From Alphaproteobacteria bacterium (GTDB lineage: Bacteria; Pseudomonadota; Alphaproteobacteria; Micavibrionales; Micavibrionaceae), in NCBI GenBank assembly GCA_023301785.1, contig JALZUF010000239.1, forward strand, positions 1-45,226: DNA of 45,226 nucleotides, written 5' to 3'. Positions 1 through 9,291 of the stretch are shown piece by piece. The position numbers were made by a program, and so were the translations under genes. The number at the start of each line of letters is the position of its first letter. The first letter of the stretch is position 1. The notes beneath the pieces were generated by a model, which was given only the letters and a program-made list of their open reading frames with translations, was not told the DNA's origin and did no database searches.

Positions 1-99
1 TTCCTCTACTTCTTCCTCCTCATCGTCTTCATCAAGATCAATGTCTTCTACATCAACTTCTTCATCTTCATCGTCCTCTTCTTCGATCTCTTCTTCTTC
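1..99. repeat. Left copy of an exact 99-bp direct repeat of the window ends (1-99 = 45128-45226); probably a circular-assembly overlap
   Basis: Compared base by base; identical over all 99 nt. An ORF reads in frame through the junction. Confidence 0.95.
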
Positions 100-840
100 A
101 CCCATACCTGCGAGTAAAGCTTCCATACCAGAACCTTCAAAGTTCGTAGCATCCATGATTAGTTCCTGAATAAAGTTGTTAGACTGTTTAGAAACTACTT
201 TCTCTCCGTCTACTTCCTCAGTAACTTCTCGTTCACCTTCAATGAATAGTGAATCCCACATATCCATAGTAGGAGCATCGAACTGAAAGAATTGGTACTC
301 ACGGGCTGTAGGTTTAATCTTAGAAGTCATATCAACTAGTTCAACTTCACCGTCATCATCGGTTTCTTCTTTGAAAGGTCCACCAATAGCTTTAAGGTTA
401 GCGTAAGTGCGATCCTTAACTTTGTTATGCTCAATAGTAACCTTGAACACATCAGACAGCATTTCACCCATGTTCTTTAGATCACGACCATAAGCCATGT
501 CTTTAAACAATTTGTTAAAACGTGATTTAGGACTGTTACTAATTAGAAGGTTAGTAATACGTAGTAAGCGATAACTAGTTTCCTCTTTACCATCTTTCTC
601 GAACGTATCTTTGTTCTTCTTACCGTATACTTCAAACGTAAGGTTACATTTAGGAGCAGGGTCTTTAGGCTTACCTTCATACTCACCCGGCTGATCGCCC
701 AGTTCTACATAACCAATTAGTCTAGCGAACGCTACGCCCTTCTCAGGAATACGCGCACCAAAACCTTTTTTGGTTACTGAATGGTCAGCTACTTCACCTG
801 CATTTTTTGCTTGTGCTAATAGTTTTTTATTTAATGACAT
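1..840 (-). CDS. N-terminal 280 codons of a 337-aa putative ssDNA-binding protein (gp2.5-like). It continues at 45127 after removal of the 99-bp overlap.
   Basis: ATG at 840 overlaps the upstream stop (TAATG). I translated codon by codon to position 1 with no stop (MSLNKKLLAQAKNAGEV...GMGEEEEIEEEDDEDEEVDVEDIDLDEDDEEEEVEE). It lies between the DNA polymerase and the exonuclease and has an acidic C-terminal tail. The SSB call is an inference. Confidence 0.45.
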   Translation of the reverse strand, partial: MSLNKKLLAQAKNAGEVADHSVTKKGFGARIPEKGVAFARLIGYVELGDQPGEYEGKPKDPAPKCNLTFEVYGKKNKDTFEKDGKEETSYRLLRITNLLISNSPKSRFNKLFKDMAYGRDLKNMGEMLSDVFKVTIEHNKVKDRTYANLKAIGGPFKEETDDDGEVELVDMTSKIKPTAREYQFFQFDAPTMDMWDSLFIEGEREVTEEVDGEKVVSKQSNNFIQELIMDATNFEGSGMEALLAGMGEEEEIEEEDDEDEEVDVEDIDLDEDDEEEEVEE

Positions 841-1127
841 TACTTCAATTTCTCCACTTTAACTTGTTTCTTGAATGCTTTTTCAGCAGCAGATTGCTCT
901 ACTACTGCTACGTTTGCTTCTAGTGCAATTACTTGTCTAGCTGCTGCTACAACGCTGTCTTTAGCTTTTTGGACTTCTTTGTCTCGTGCATTTAAGATAC
1001 GTGTAATTTGTTTGTCCCCTAAGTCGCGGACAGTTTGGCTAACTGATAGATACACCATAGCCGTTAGTGTGTTTAATGACCCGAACAATCTACGGATTAA
1101 GTTCAGGAATAAGATATACGCATACAT
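840..1127 (-). CDS. Hypothetical protein with a hydrophobic N-terminus and a coiled-coil-like C-terminus
   Basis: 95-aa ORF. AAGGAGA sits 5 nt upstream of the ATG. The stop overlaps the next ATG (TAATG). Confidence 0.7.
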   Translation of the reverse strand: MYAYILFLNLIRRLFGSLNTLTAMVYLSVSQTVRDLGDKQITRILNARDKEVQKAKDSVVAAARQVIALEANVAVVEQSAAEKAFKKQVKVEKLK

Positions 1128-1138
1128 TATGTTCTCCT

Positions 1139-3400
1139 TTATGATACGTGTTTTAAGTCTAACATGTTCGCCCCAGCTTCTACGTCCACTGGAAACGGAA
1201 CACTAATTTCTACTCCAAATTGTGCAAACCATTCTGGTACGGACTCCATGATACGTTTAATGTCCTTACAAACATCGTCTTTAACGTCAGGATGAGCGTC
1301 TGCCCAGATACAGTCATGCACGGTGTTACACAGTACTGCTTTACCACCATAGTTGTCATTGGAAACGAAGTGTCTCCAAAGTTTACCACAGATACCTTGA
1401 ACTATCTCTCCACCTGTACCTTGAACTGGGTAGTTCTTGATCTCAGTAGGGGAAAAGTTCTCAGTGACTCCGCGTTTAGCTAACCACTCAGGCGCATCGT
1501 ATGTCCTAAAGGAATACATACAACCTGTTGGTGCTTGCCAGTACCCGCGTTTAAAGGTTCTAAAACCCATTGTCGGATCGACAAATTTCTTACTACGCTC
1601 TATAGCTGACTGCTCTACAGATTCATTAAAGATTGTTACGCCCGGATATGTTTCTTCCTCGGCAATAATAAGGGCTTTAACGTCATCTACGTGCATACCA
1701 GTAGAAAGCGCAATTAACGAAGCACCTGCACCGTACGCACGCTGAAAAGAGAAGATTTTAGCTTGCGTTCTAATCTTCTTCCATTTTTTGTGATCTGGGT
1801 GGTCTTCGTTTTTAATTATTTTGACTAGTTCATTGTAAGTAATGTTGTACTTTTTTTGTAAAGCTACTCGCTTACAGTGAAAGTCTATCTTAGCGTTTAA
1901 ATCGGCACACAGGTTCTTATCATTAGTAAGTACACCCTGAACAACTACTTCCAACTGGCTGTAGTCAGCTTCTATAGTATATCCATCATTGAAGCGCGAT
2001 ATAAAAAGTCGTTTAAGATTGCTTTTGTCTGCGCGGGGGATATTCTGTAGATTAGGGTCGCTTGAAGATAAGCGTGCTGTAACTGTTGCCACATTATTAA
2101 GTGAGTGGTGTATTCTGTCTTCACCGGGCACGACACAAGTGAGCATACCCTTCTTTTCGCCAGTCTTTGCATCGACCTTGACGAAATAAGTTCCGATCTC
2201 TTTAGAGAGTGCTTCGTACTCAGATAAAGCCTCAAGAAAAGGAATTCCCGTCCCAGCCAAAGCTTCCACAATTTCAGCTTTTGTCGAGTAGAGAGAGTTC
2301 CCAGCCCCGTCCTTTGTTTTTGTAGCCCAGTCTGCTTGTGGCAGAATATATCCGGGCAGCTCAAAGAAGAAATCTTGAAATTTGACTTTAAGTTCACCTT
2401 GAACCTCCACTTGTTTAGTTTTAGCTAATCCTGCCTTCTTACCACTCTTAAATGTCAGCATCCCTTTAGGGGCTGCACAGTCGTCATGGTCGTCTGGTGC
2501 TGGTACATCTGATACTTCACCATCTTCTTTAATGTAGAACTTCTGAGTAGCTTTTAACCGAGCTAGTTTACCTGTCTTAACATCAATGAATGTATCCTGT
2601 CGTTTGTACTTGATACAACCGCCAAATATGATACAGGATTTGTGTGTAGGCGAACCCCAGTTGAAGTCTAACCCTTCGGGCAGTTCAGGTAAGGACTCTT
2701 CTAGGAAAGCCTCTACTACTCTGTACTTAGCCCGTAGTTCTTTAAACTGTTTCTTGGCTTCATCTTTGTCAATTTGTAGACCGTTCCACTCCATCTCAAC
2801 GAGAGCACATAAACCATCCATACGGGACTTTATTGCCTTCATCATACCTAGCTTCTTAGCGCGTTTGATTTGACCTAAGAATGCTTTCTCTGTATTCCCA
2901 ATGTCTCCACCATTACGCTCTTCCTCTTCCGTACCTACTAGGTAGTCAATTAGGAGGTCTTTGTTAATATCGCTAGTCTGTACACCAGCTTCCCATAGAA
3001 TTTTGACTTCATCAATCTTCTTAGTTCCACCATACTTTTCTGCGATCTGGTCTAATGAACAGTAATGATACTTAGGGTCTTGACCAGACAGCAGGTACTC
3101 TGCGTACTGACAGTCCCAAATAATACCACCACGTTTAAAGAATGCTATAAGGTCAGGGTTGTCCCACTGCCATAGCAAATCAAATTTTAGATTAAAACCT
3201 ACAAGACAAGTTATGTCGTCTTCAATAGTTATGTAGTGCTTGCCCTGCTTCTCCCAGTACTCCCAGCTACATTTCAAATCTCCTTGGTTCTTCCAACCCG
3301 CAGCAACAATATAGTTGTCGGGATGCCAAGGGGAGGCTTTACGTTTCTTATAAATATGGGTTTGGGTTTCTAAGTCGTATACTTTGTATTTAAACTTCAT
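1139..3400 (-). CDS. Family A DNA polymerase with 3'-5' exonuclease domain (T7 gp5-like)
   Basis: Exo I motif YDLET, motif A DYSQLEVVV, motif B RTQAKIFSFQRAYGAG, motif C NTVHDC. 753 aa. Confidence 0.95.
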   Translation of the reverse strand: MKFKYKVYDLETQTHIYKKRKASPWHPDNYIVAAGWKNQGDLKCSWEYWEKQGKHYITIEDDITCLVGFNLKFDLLWQWDNPDLIAFFKRGGIIWDCQYAEYLLSGQDPKYHYCSLDQIAEKYGGTKKIDEVKILWEAGVQTSDINKDLLIDYLVGTEEEERNGGDIGNTEKAFLGQIKRAKKLGMMKAIKSRMDGLCALVEMEWNGLQIDKDEAKKQFKELRAKYRVVEAFLEESLPELPEGLDFNWGSPTHKSCIIFGGCIKYKRQDTFIDVKTGKLARLKATQKFYIKEDGEVSDVPAPDDHDDCAAPKGMLTFKSGKKAGLAKTKQVEVQGELKVKFQDFFFELPGYILPQADWATKTKDGAGNSLYSTKAEIVEALAGTGIPFLEALSEYEALSKEIGTYFVKVDAKTGEKKGMLTCVVPGEDRIHHSLNNVATVTARLSSSDPNLQNIPRADKSNLKRLFISRFNDGYTIEADYSQLEVVVQGVLTNDKNLCADLNAKIDFHCKRVALQKKYNITYNELVKIIKNEDHPDHKKWKKIRTQAKIFSFQRAYGAGASLIALSTGMHVDDVKALIIAEEETYPGVTIFNESVEQSAIERSKKFVDPTMGFRTFKRGYWQAPTGCMYSFRTYDAPEWLAKRGVTENFSPTEIKNYPVQGTGGEIVQGICGKLWRHFVSNDNYGGKAVLCNTVHDCIWADAHPDVKDDVCKDIKRIMESVPEWFAQFGVEISVPFPVDVEAGANMLDLKHVS

Positions 3401-3479
3401 CTACCCTCCTATGTGATAGTAAAGGACTACACAGACTATAATCAAATAGCCTATATACTCAGGTTTAAAAGGCGGTGTA

Positions 3480-3728
3480 TCAAACGTCATAATAGTCTAA
3501 TATCTCTTGGAGTGGACCTTCAAGGTGTCTCAACCAACCAAACGCGTGTTCTCTAGCAGTTTCATCGTCATATTGGCAATCATCCCAATTAGACTGTACC
3601 ATACTCATAAAAGTATGGCACACATCCGCAGGTGGTCTGAACTCGTCATACAGTGTAGCTTCTAGCTTACTGCTAAAGGTCAACCCGTCTACTTTGTATG
3701 TCTCAGTCGTTACTGTTTTAATGCTCAT
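3480..3728 (-). CDS. Hypothetical protein
   Basis: 82-aa ORF overlapping the ligase stop. No motif recognised. Confidence 0.65.
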   Translation of the reverse strand: MSIKTVTTETYKVDGLTFSSKLEATLYDEFRPPADVCHTFMSMVQSNWDDCQYDDETAREHAFGWLRHLEGPLQEILDYYDV

Positions 3729-4683
3729 AACTCGGGGTGTCCTTATCTGGTCGCCATCTAAAGAATCTAGCTTCCCTTAATGCAGAATAACTAGGGTCGA
3801 TCATAAAGTGAATCTCTGCGATTAACACATGGTCTTGTAAAGCTGTAGGTGCTGACTGGTGCAACTCCCATAACTCTCGTCTCTCCTCATGTGTTAAACT
3901 ACCAGAGCCAGCTCCAATAATCTGCCCATTATATTCTAGGTTTAGTCTACCTACTGCACGTAGTCCTTCGTCTTTTTGGAATGTCTCCCCAAGGAATGTA
4001 GACTCTTTATTTGCTGTAGCTTCTTCAAAGCCTACAACCCTTAAATCATAACTACCCAGTGGTTTATACTTCATCATACCCCACGAGCGTTTACCTACGC
4101 CATAACGACTGTGCTTACCTTCCAAGTTACGAATAACATAACCCTCGAACATGCTGGATTGCTCCATAAGTTTAGGCAAGGATTTAAAGTGCTGTTGTAG
4201 CTCCTCTAAGCTCCGTACAGTGCCTATTTTGGGTACGCACTGTACAATGTACCAATTTAGCGTTGAAGCCTTCATACGGGCTTCTGTGCGCTTAGAATCC
4301 ATAGCCTTAATCAAATGTTCTTTACGTTGATTGTAAGGCACGTTTTCACGCCCCACTGTATAGCAATCGTACGCGTATAACATAATACGCTCATCTGGCT
4401 CTTGCTTACGGATAATACCACTAGCCTCTTTGAATGTAGGTACTCCCATAACACAAAGCTCACCAATAATATGGGTGTTTACTTCTGAGTCTGGGAAGTG
4501 TTTGTTCATCCAAGCTACGATATGACCTGTGCTTACTATAGGTTTACCCTGACGGGATTGGCATAACCACCCGTTAGGTGTTTTATAAAAGTCTGCGGCA
4601 ACGCCATCTACCTTAATGGTAACTTCTGCTGGAAACTCCAGCTTGGTTGCATCGTATGACTTCGATAGCATTATTTCACTCAT
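3718..4683 (-). CDS. ATP-dependent DNA ligase
   Basis: Adenylation motif I KVDG (EVTIKVDGVAADF), EGYVIR (motif IV-like), MMKYKP (motif V-like). 321 aa. Confidence 0.9.
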   Translation of the reverse strand: MSEIMLSKSYDATKLEFPAEVTIKVDGVAADFYKTPNGWLCQSRQGKPIVSTGHIVAWMNKHFPDSEVNTHIIGELCVMGVPTFKEASGIIRKQEPDERIMLYAYDCYTVGRENVPYNQRKEHLIKAMDSKRTEARMKASTLNWYIVQCVPKIGTVRSLEELQQHFKSLPKLMEQSSMFEGYVIRNLEGKHSRYGVGKRSWGMMKYKPLGSYDLRVVGFEEATANKESTFLGETFQKDEGLRAVGRLNLEYNGQIIGAGSGSLTHEERRELWELHQSAPTALQDHVLIAEIHFMIDPSYSALREARFFRWRPDKDTPSYEH

Positions 4684-4904
4684 TTACTGAACCACCCATA
4701 TTTGTTGTATAACCTCCTAATAACGTAGGAACGTATCAGGGATATAACTGTGAAGACAAGGCTAATCATTAACCCGTCTGAAATTGACACCATGTAACCG
4801 AATAACGGTAGTACTATAATGTTAGATATAAAGCCTATTATAATACCAATAGCTATGTTTGTCAAGCTCTCGGCAAGACTTCCTAATTTACTCTGCGTCA
4901 TCAT
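4680..4904 (-). CDS. Small integral membrane protein (2 predicted TM segments)
   Basis: I prefer the internal ATGATG start (MMTQSKLGSLAESLTNIAIGIIIGF...) over the track start at 4949. Hydrophobic stretches are followed by a basic tail (RSYVIRRLYNKYGW). Confidence 0.7.
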   Translation of the reverse strand: MMTQSKLGSLAESLTNIAIGIIIGFISNIIVLPLFGYMVSISDGLMISLVFTVISLIRSYVIRRLYNKYGWFSK

Positions 4905-5124
4905 TGCGCCTTTCTTCATCCATTTCAAATTGACACTCTCTAAGAGCACCTGATATACCCTGATAGTTCAGGTCGTACTCTGCTGCTCTTTCTTCGATAA
5001 CCTGCATTAGCTCCTTATGTAGAGCTACATGTGGGTCATCTGCGTCCTCACAAATCCTAATCGGACTTGGGCGGGATAGCTGTATGTGCTTCGACTGCAT
5101 CGGGGAATTTTTCGAAGATTTCAT
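4888..5124 (-). CDS. Hypothetical small protein (start uncertain)
   Basis: 78-aa ORF overlapping the upstream gene by 68 nt. An internal ATG at 5007 preceded by AAGGAG would give a 39-aa product. Confidence 0.4.
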   Translation of the reverse strand: MKSSKNSPMQSKHIQLSRPSPIRICEDADDPHVALHKELMQVIEERAAEYDLNYQGISGALRECQFEMDEERRNDDAE

Positions 5125-5668
5125 CTACTCTCTCCTGTAAATCTGCTCTGAGTTTATCCATCTCTGCTTTAGGTGGACGATCATCTACCATCATGTCTTG
5201 AATCATAGCATCTCGTAAGACGAATAGCGAAGCAATCGCCTTAGTAATATGAGATAGTTTTGTATCGGGGTCTAGGTCTTCACCTTCCCACCACTGCATG
5301 ATATGTCCAATAGAAGCGTCTACGTACACACTAGCTCTTACACCAGCTACACGGTAGTTATGTCTACCGTACTTACGCGCACCCTCTAGCATAGCTACAC
5401 CGACTTCTGCCAGTACAGTCCAAGAGACAGTGCTGAATATGCGCCACTTCTTAGTACCCACTGCATCTTTAGGGTTTGTGTCTTTTCCAACTGGACTAAC
5501 TAGTTGGAATCTACTTGCTGTGTGACTGTAGTCTGAGTTTTGTTCCTCAAACTTTAGATACCCACCATCTAACTTAACTGTAAGTACAGGGTACTTAGAG
5601 GGTGGAAAATTATGACACGCCCACTCTGAATCTTCTATCTGTACTACTTTGTCTCCATCCTGAAACAT
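5057..5668 (-). CDS. Putative nucleotide diphosphohydrolase-like protein (all-alpha MazG/MazZ-like C-terminal domain) with a small N-terminal beta domain
   Basis: Start set at the ATG in the TAATG overlap with the upstream stop (GGAGAG SD). The motif NPKDAVGTKK...GARKYGRHNYR...HIMQWWEGEDLD matches my recollection of the phage dATP/dGTP diphosphohydrolase N-terminal family. Not verified by search. Confidence 0.5.
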   Translation of the reverse strand: MFQDGDKVVQIEDSEWACHNFPPSKYPVLTVKLDGGYLKFEEQNSDYSHTASRFQLVSPVGKDTNPKDAVGTKKWRIFSTVSWTVLAEVGVAMLEGARKYGRHNYRVAGVRASVYVDASIGHIMQWWEGEDLDPDTKLSHITKAIASLFVLRDAMIQDMMVDDRPPKAEMDKLRADLQERVDEIFEKFPDAVEAHTAIPPKSD

Positions 5669-7323
5669 TATGCTCTCCACTTTCCATTTTTCATTGTAAT
5701 AATTGTTCTCTTACCATTAGGGTATGTAACGATATGGCTGTGACTCCAAGAACTAGGTCCTCGGTTGTAATCCATGTCCATCTTACAAGAAATCCCTGCT
5801 ACATAAATACCATCAATAATTGCCGCACTGTGTGTGTGACCTACGTTACATTTACGACCAAGGTTACGTAAGGAGTTAGGGTTTCCTCTTGCTCCGTTAG
5901 GTCCTCGGTGTCCGTGCATACCACACTCAATACCGTTTTGACCACAGATAACATAACTGTCATCCTCATCCAAAAACTCAGTATACTCTAGGTCGAAATG
6001 CTTACGAACCGCGTGTTCAAATATGTGAAATCTGGGGTTTCCCTTACGTATTTCCTCAAACAATTTTCCATTAAATTTATGAAAGTACTCTGCGTTCTCT
6101 GGGTCAGTTCTAATATCCGCCTCTGCTAACCAACGTCTAAATGCTTGGTCGTGGTTGCTTTCTACAACAACAGTCTTACACCAAGTTCGTTCTAGTTCAA
6201 TAAGGGCTAGTGCTGAATCCTTCATACCATCTTCTACACTACCTGTCTCTGTGTGGTAACGCTCTGCTAGGAAATGAGGGTTCTTTAGATTATGGTGGTT
6301 ACGTGCTTTAAAATCTGTCAAATCGTGAATGAACTGGTGCTGTGGTTCTAGTACGTCTAGCATACTGTCATCTGCTTCCCATGCGTTGTGCGCTACATCT
6401 GCATCAAGCATCTCTGCATGAATGTCTCCCCAGTTAATAGCTTCAACACGTTGTCCTTCAACAACTTGACCACCTGTATAGTAGGTGTTAAGGTCATAAA
6501 AGTCTCCGTTAGTATCCGCAACTAATTGTCTTGCAAAGTCTGTACCTTCATCGTCAATCTCTACTAGTAAAGCACCAAATACGTGGTGAAACTCTGCTTT
6601 CTGACCTGCTTTACGTTGGATATAGTTACGTTGCGTGCACGCCCCTGTAGTGTATAGCATCTTGCCCGGCTGTCCTTTCAGGACGGGTACAGATTTAAGC
6701 TGCACCTTTGCATGAGGTATAATGCTACTAGCTGTGCGGGTATAACTGTCTAAGCTTCCCATAGGGTTAGCTGCTGTAGGGAGAATATCCAACTCACCAC
6801 ACCACACCATACCATTAAGGCTCTCTTCTAAAGTCATACTTTCGTCTACTACATACGGAGCGATACGATCATCGAACCATAGGTCATCTTTATCTTTTGT
6901 ACTGTTCTGAAAGCCTGATTTATTATAGCGGAATTTACCCACTACTAACTGTGCATCATTATGCTGACAGTAACTTAACAAGTTCTCCCAAAAGGCTTCA
7001 TGCACAAACGTATTATTTTGCGCGGAGGTAAATACGAACTTGCGCCCTCCAAGACTACCCCGTCTTTTATCTGGCGCATCAATAGTACCTCCAGCGACAG
7101 GTCTAGGGTCTTCATCAACTTCTTCACTTGTTTCATCGTCCGTTTGGGCGTTTGCGTAGTCAAGATTACCCTTGACCCACTTAGCGCGGCGGCGATAGAA
7201 AGTCGCAATGCTGAGTCGCTCTTCCCCGTTCGCTGCCAGTAATTCATTGAACTCATAAAAGTCTCCTTGGGCTGTTTCGAACAGCTCTATAAATAGCTCT
7301 TTGCTAGGTCCTACTAAATCCAT
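5668..7323 (-). CDS. Calcineurin-like metallophosphoesterase domain protein (551 aa) with an acidic linker and a large N-terminal region of unknown function
   Basis: Ordered metallophosphatase motifs: WGDIHAE, ESNHDQ, GMHGHRG, VGHTHSAA. Confidence 0.7.
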   Translation of the reverse strand: MDLVGPSKELFIELFETAQGDFYEFNELLAANGEERLSIATFYRRRAKWVKGNLDYANAQTDDETSEEVDEDPRPVAGGTIDAPDKRRGSLGGRKFVFTSAQNNTFVHEAFWENLLSYCQHNDAQLVVGKFRYNKSGFQNSTKDKDDLWFDDRIAPYVVDESMTLEESLNGMVWCGELDILPTAANPMGSLDSYTRTASSIIPHAKVQLKSVPVLKGQPGKMLYTTGACTQRNYIQRKAGQKAEFHHVFGALLVEIDDEGTDFARQLVADTNGDFYDLNTYYTGGQVVEGQRVEAINWGDIHAEMLDADVAHNAWEADDSMLDVLEPQHQFIHDLTDFKARNHHNLKNPHFLAERYHTETGSVEDGMKDSALALIELERTWCKTVVVESNHDQAFRRWLAEADIRTDPENAEYFHKFNGKLFEEIRKGNPRFHIFEHAVRKHFDLEYTEFLDEDDSYVICGQNGIECGMHGHRGPNGARGNPNSLRNLGRKCNVGHTHSAAIIDGIYVAGISCKMDMDYNRGPSSWSHSHIVTYPNGKRTIITMKNGKWRA

Positions 7324-7604
7324 TATAATACATCTCTCATTGTTAATCCATGCTCTGCCATGTCTCCATGATAGTGCTCATATTCTACTTCATAGTCATA
7401 TTGGGTTACTACCTCATCTTCCTCATCTAATCCATAGATGATAGCCGTGTCTTCCCATACTTCACCGTTCTGTGGGGAGCAATCGTCTGTTACCCCATCT
7501 TCCCACGCTAAGTCTGCTGCGTGCTCTGCTTCGGCTGCTGTTTCATATTCGTTGTTAGACATATTACCTAACAAATCAAATTCATAGTATGCTACTTTAC
7601 TCAT
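7323..7604 (-). CDS. Highly acidic small protein (93 aa)
   Basis: ORF coupled to its neighbours by overlapping stops and starts. About one third of residues are D or E (EEDEVVTQYDYEVEYEHYHGD). Confidence 0.75.
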   Translation of the reverse strand: MSKVAYYEFDLLGNMSNNEYETAAEAEHAADLAWEDGVTDDCSPQNGEVWEDTAIIYGLDEEDEVVTQYDYEVEYEHYHGDMAEHGLTMRDVL

Positions 7605-8881
7605 TCTGCTTCTACCTCTTCTCCGTCCACATAACCCATATCAATATAACGGGCGCGGTCACGGTCAAATGTGACTTCCTCTTGAAGTCGTTGTGATTTA
7701 ACTCTACGTAATTTGTTCTTAGGTAAGGACAACCAACGCTTACTTGCTAACAGGGGTTCACGCTCCATAGAGCCAATCATTAACTGAAACTCACATGCAC
7801 CTTGTTTACCTGTTTTACTGTCTTTAAGATTAGACAATCCGGGGAATTGCATATTAGACCCTTCCTCAGAAATCTGTGACGTGGCTAAAGCAATAGCATC
7901 GTACTTGACCGCCTTTTCTCTAGCCCACTGGTACAGACGTTCTAGTCTCAAGTCCATACGTTGTGCATCTCCGAAGCCTGATATATTATCTATCATATCG
8001 TAAACTATTAAGCCCGGTGTAGTATGCTGAATGATACCCTCTACCTGTCCTATGTTAGCTCCGTGAATGTCCATTACCCGTATACGACCTTCACCACCCA
8101 CAGCTTCAAAGTACGCGTCATACAGTGTACCCTCTTCTTTCATGGCTATAAGCTCAGTCATAGTTATGTTAAGGGCAGCTTGCATCAAGCGTGGTCTAAT
8201 TGCATAACCGGGTCCTTCATTATTTAACCATAGTATAGGTCTACCTTCGGGCAGTTGTTTAGCCATATACGTGAGTTCTGAACATAAAAAGCTAGTCTTA
8301 CCTTGGTCTGGTCTAGCAGCAATGATACCAAAATCACCACCTCTTAAACCGCGCATAGCAGAGCTGAGTGAATCTAATCTCCACTGAACTCCGCTGTCAT
8401 TACCCATGTCGTCAATCAACTCGTCAATGTTCTCTGATACCTCTGGTAGAGCAGATATACCCACATCTGTTTTGTAGGAATCTAGCACAGTAGACAACTT
8501 ACCTATAAGGTCAGTCTCTTCACCGTCAGCATAGCGTTCTGTAATCATACGTGTTTCGTGCATTAGGTTATTTTCTAGTACACTTTCTAATATAGCTGCT
8601 CTGTCTTCCTGATTAGGGTAGTTCTTACCCATAGTCTTAATAACATTTTTGTAAGTTTTCTGCTCTTCTTTGTCCATGTCGGGAACTACGTTACGAAGAA
8701 AGAATGGTATAAATAGGTTGAAATCTATTTGACCGTGGTTAGGGTGTTTATCGTAGTATCTGCCTACACCCTTAAAAAGAACTTTTGTTTTCTTGTCTAA
8801 GGTATCTACATTTACTGCACCCTCAATCCGATTGTAATCGGTACGTGTCCTGCACGTTCGTAATAATTGAATGTCAAGCAT
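7601..8881 (-). CDS. Replicative DNA helicase (DnaB / T7 gp4 helicase-domain-like)
   Basis: Walker A GIIAARPDQGKTSF and Walker B-like LIVYDMIDNI. 426 aa, immediately downstream of the primase. Confidence 0.9.
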   Translation of the reverse strand: MLDIQLLRTCRTRTDYNRIEGAVNVDTLDKKTKVLFKGVGRYYDKHPNHGQIDFNLFIPFFLRNVVPDMDKEEQKTYKNVIKTMGKNYPNQEDRAAILESVLENNLMHETRMITERYADGEETDLIGKLSTVLDSYKTDVGISALPEVSENIDELIDDMGNDSGVQWRLDSLSSAMRGLRGGDFGIIAARPDQGKTSFLCSELTYMAKQLPEGRPILWLNNEGPGYAIRPRLMQAALNITMTELIAMKEEGTLYDAYFEAVGGEGRIRVMDIHGANIGQVEGIIQHTTPGLIVYDMIDNISGFGDAQRMDLRLERLYQWAREKAVKYDAIALATSQISEEGSNMQFPGLSNLKDSKTGKQGACEFQLMIGSMEREPLLASKRWLSLPKNKLRRVKSQRLQEEVTFDRDRARYIDMGYVDGEEVEAE

Positions 8882-9053
8882 TGTATTCCTTTTCTGCGTT
8901 TATAGTCATGCTGAATTTCTGGTTGTTATCTATAGCATCTGCTACGTACTGCATACCGTACTGGACAGTGGTGTTCCACACTACCTGCCAGTCAGCACCA
9001 TACACACTCGCTTCTTCTAAACCATCAATAATGACTGCGCCTTTATAACTCAT
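8874..9053 (-). CDS. Hypothetical protein (59 aa; below the ORF-track cutoff)
   Basis: Hand-translated: MSYKGAVIIDGLEEASVYGADWQVVWNTTVQYGMQYVADAIDNNQKFSMTINAEKEYNA. The stop overlaps the helicase ATG and the start overlaps the upstream ORF. Confidence 0.65.
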   Translation of the reverse strand: MSYKGAVIIDGLEEASVYGADWQVVWNTTVQYGMQYVADAIDNNQKFSMTINAEKEYNA

Positions 9054-9216
9054 TTAGATCACCTCCACAAAAGCAAGACACAGCAATAGGAGCTTCTCCC
9101 TTGCAACCATCCCACCAATCGTCAGCGGCTTGTTGTATCTCTGGTGTTAATTTACGTCCGCATTCATCCTTACAATCAGGAGAAACACAGAATGTTGTAT
9201 CTCTATAGCATATCAT
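9043..9216 (-). CDS. Cys-rich small protein (57 aa, 8 Cys), possible zinc-binding (below the ORF-track cutoff)
   Basis: Hand-translated: MICYRDTTFCVSPDCKDECGRKLTPEIQQAADDWWDGCKGEAPIAVSCFCGGDLNEL. GAGAGG sits 6 nt upstream of the ATG. Confidence 0.65.
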   Translation of the reverse strand: MICYRDTTFCVSPDCKDECGRKLTPEIQQAADDWWDGCKGEAPIAVSCFCGGDLNEL

Positions 9217-9291
9217 CGTTTACCTCTCATACTATTCCAAAACGCTTGCGTGGAAGTCTTAAAAGCTGTCTTATGTGAAGCTCCGTAAGCT

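Noticed and set aside
1972-2397. 141-aa minus-strand ORF inside the DNA polymerase gene (likewise 6975-7256, 12174-12452, 13809-13991, 24290-24478, 27302-27499, 29849-30037, 42988-43320)
   Set aside because: These are alternative-frame ORFs nested in longer genes that carry recognisable motifs. None has independent start signals.
5057-5668. MazZ-like protein as evidence for a 2-aminoadenine (Z) genome
   Set aside because: No PurZ (adenylosuccinate-synthetase-like) or DatZ-like gene is present anywhere in the complete genome.
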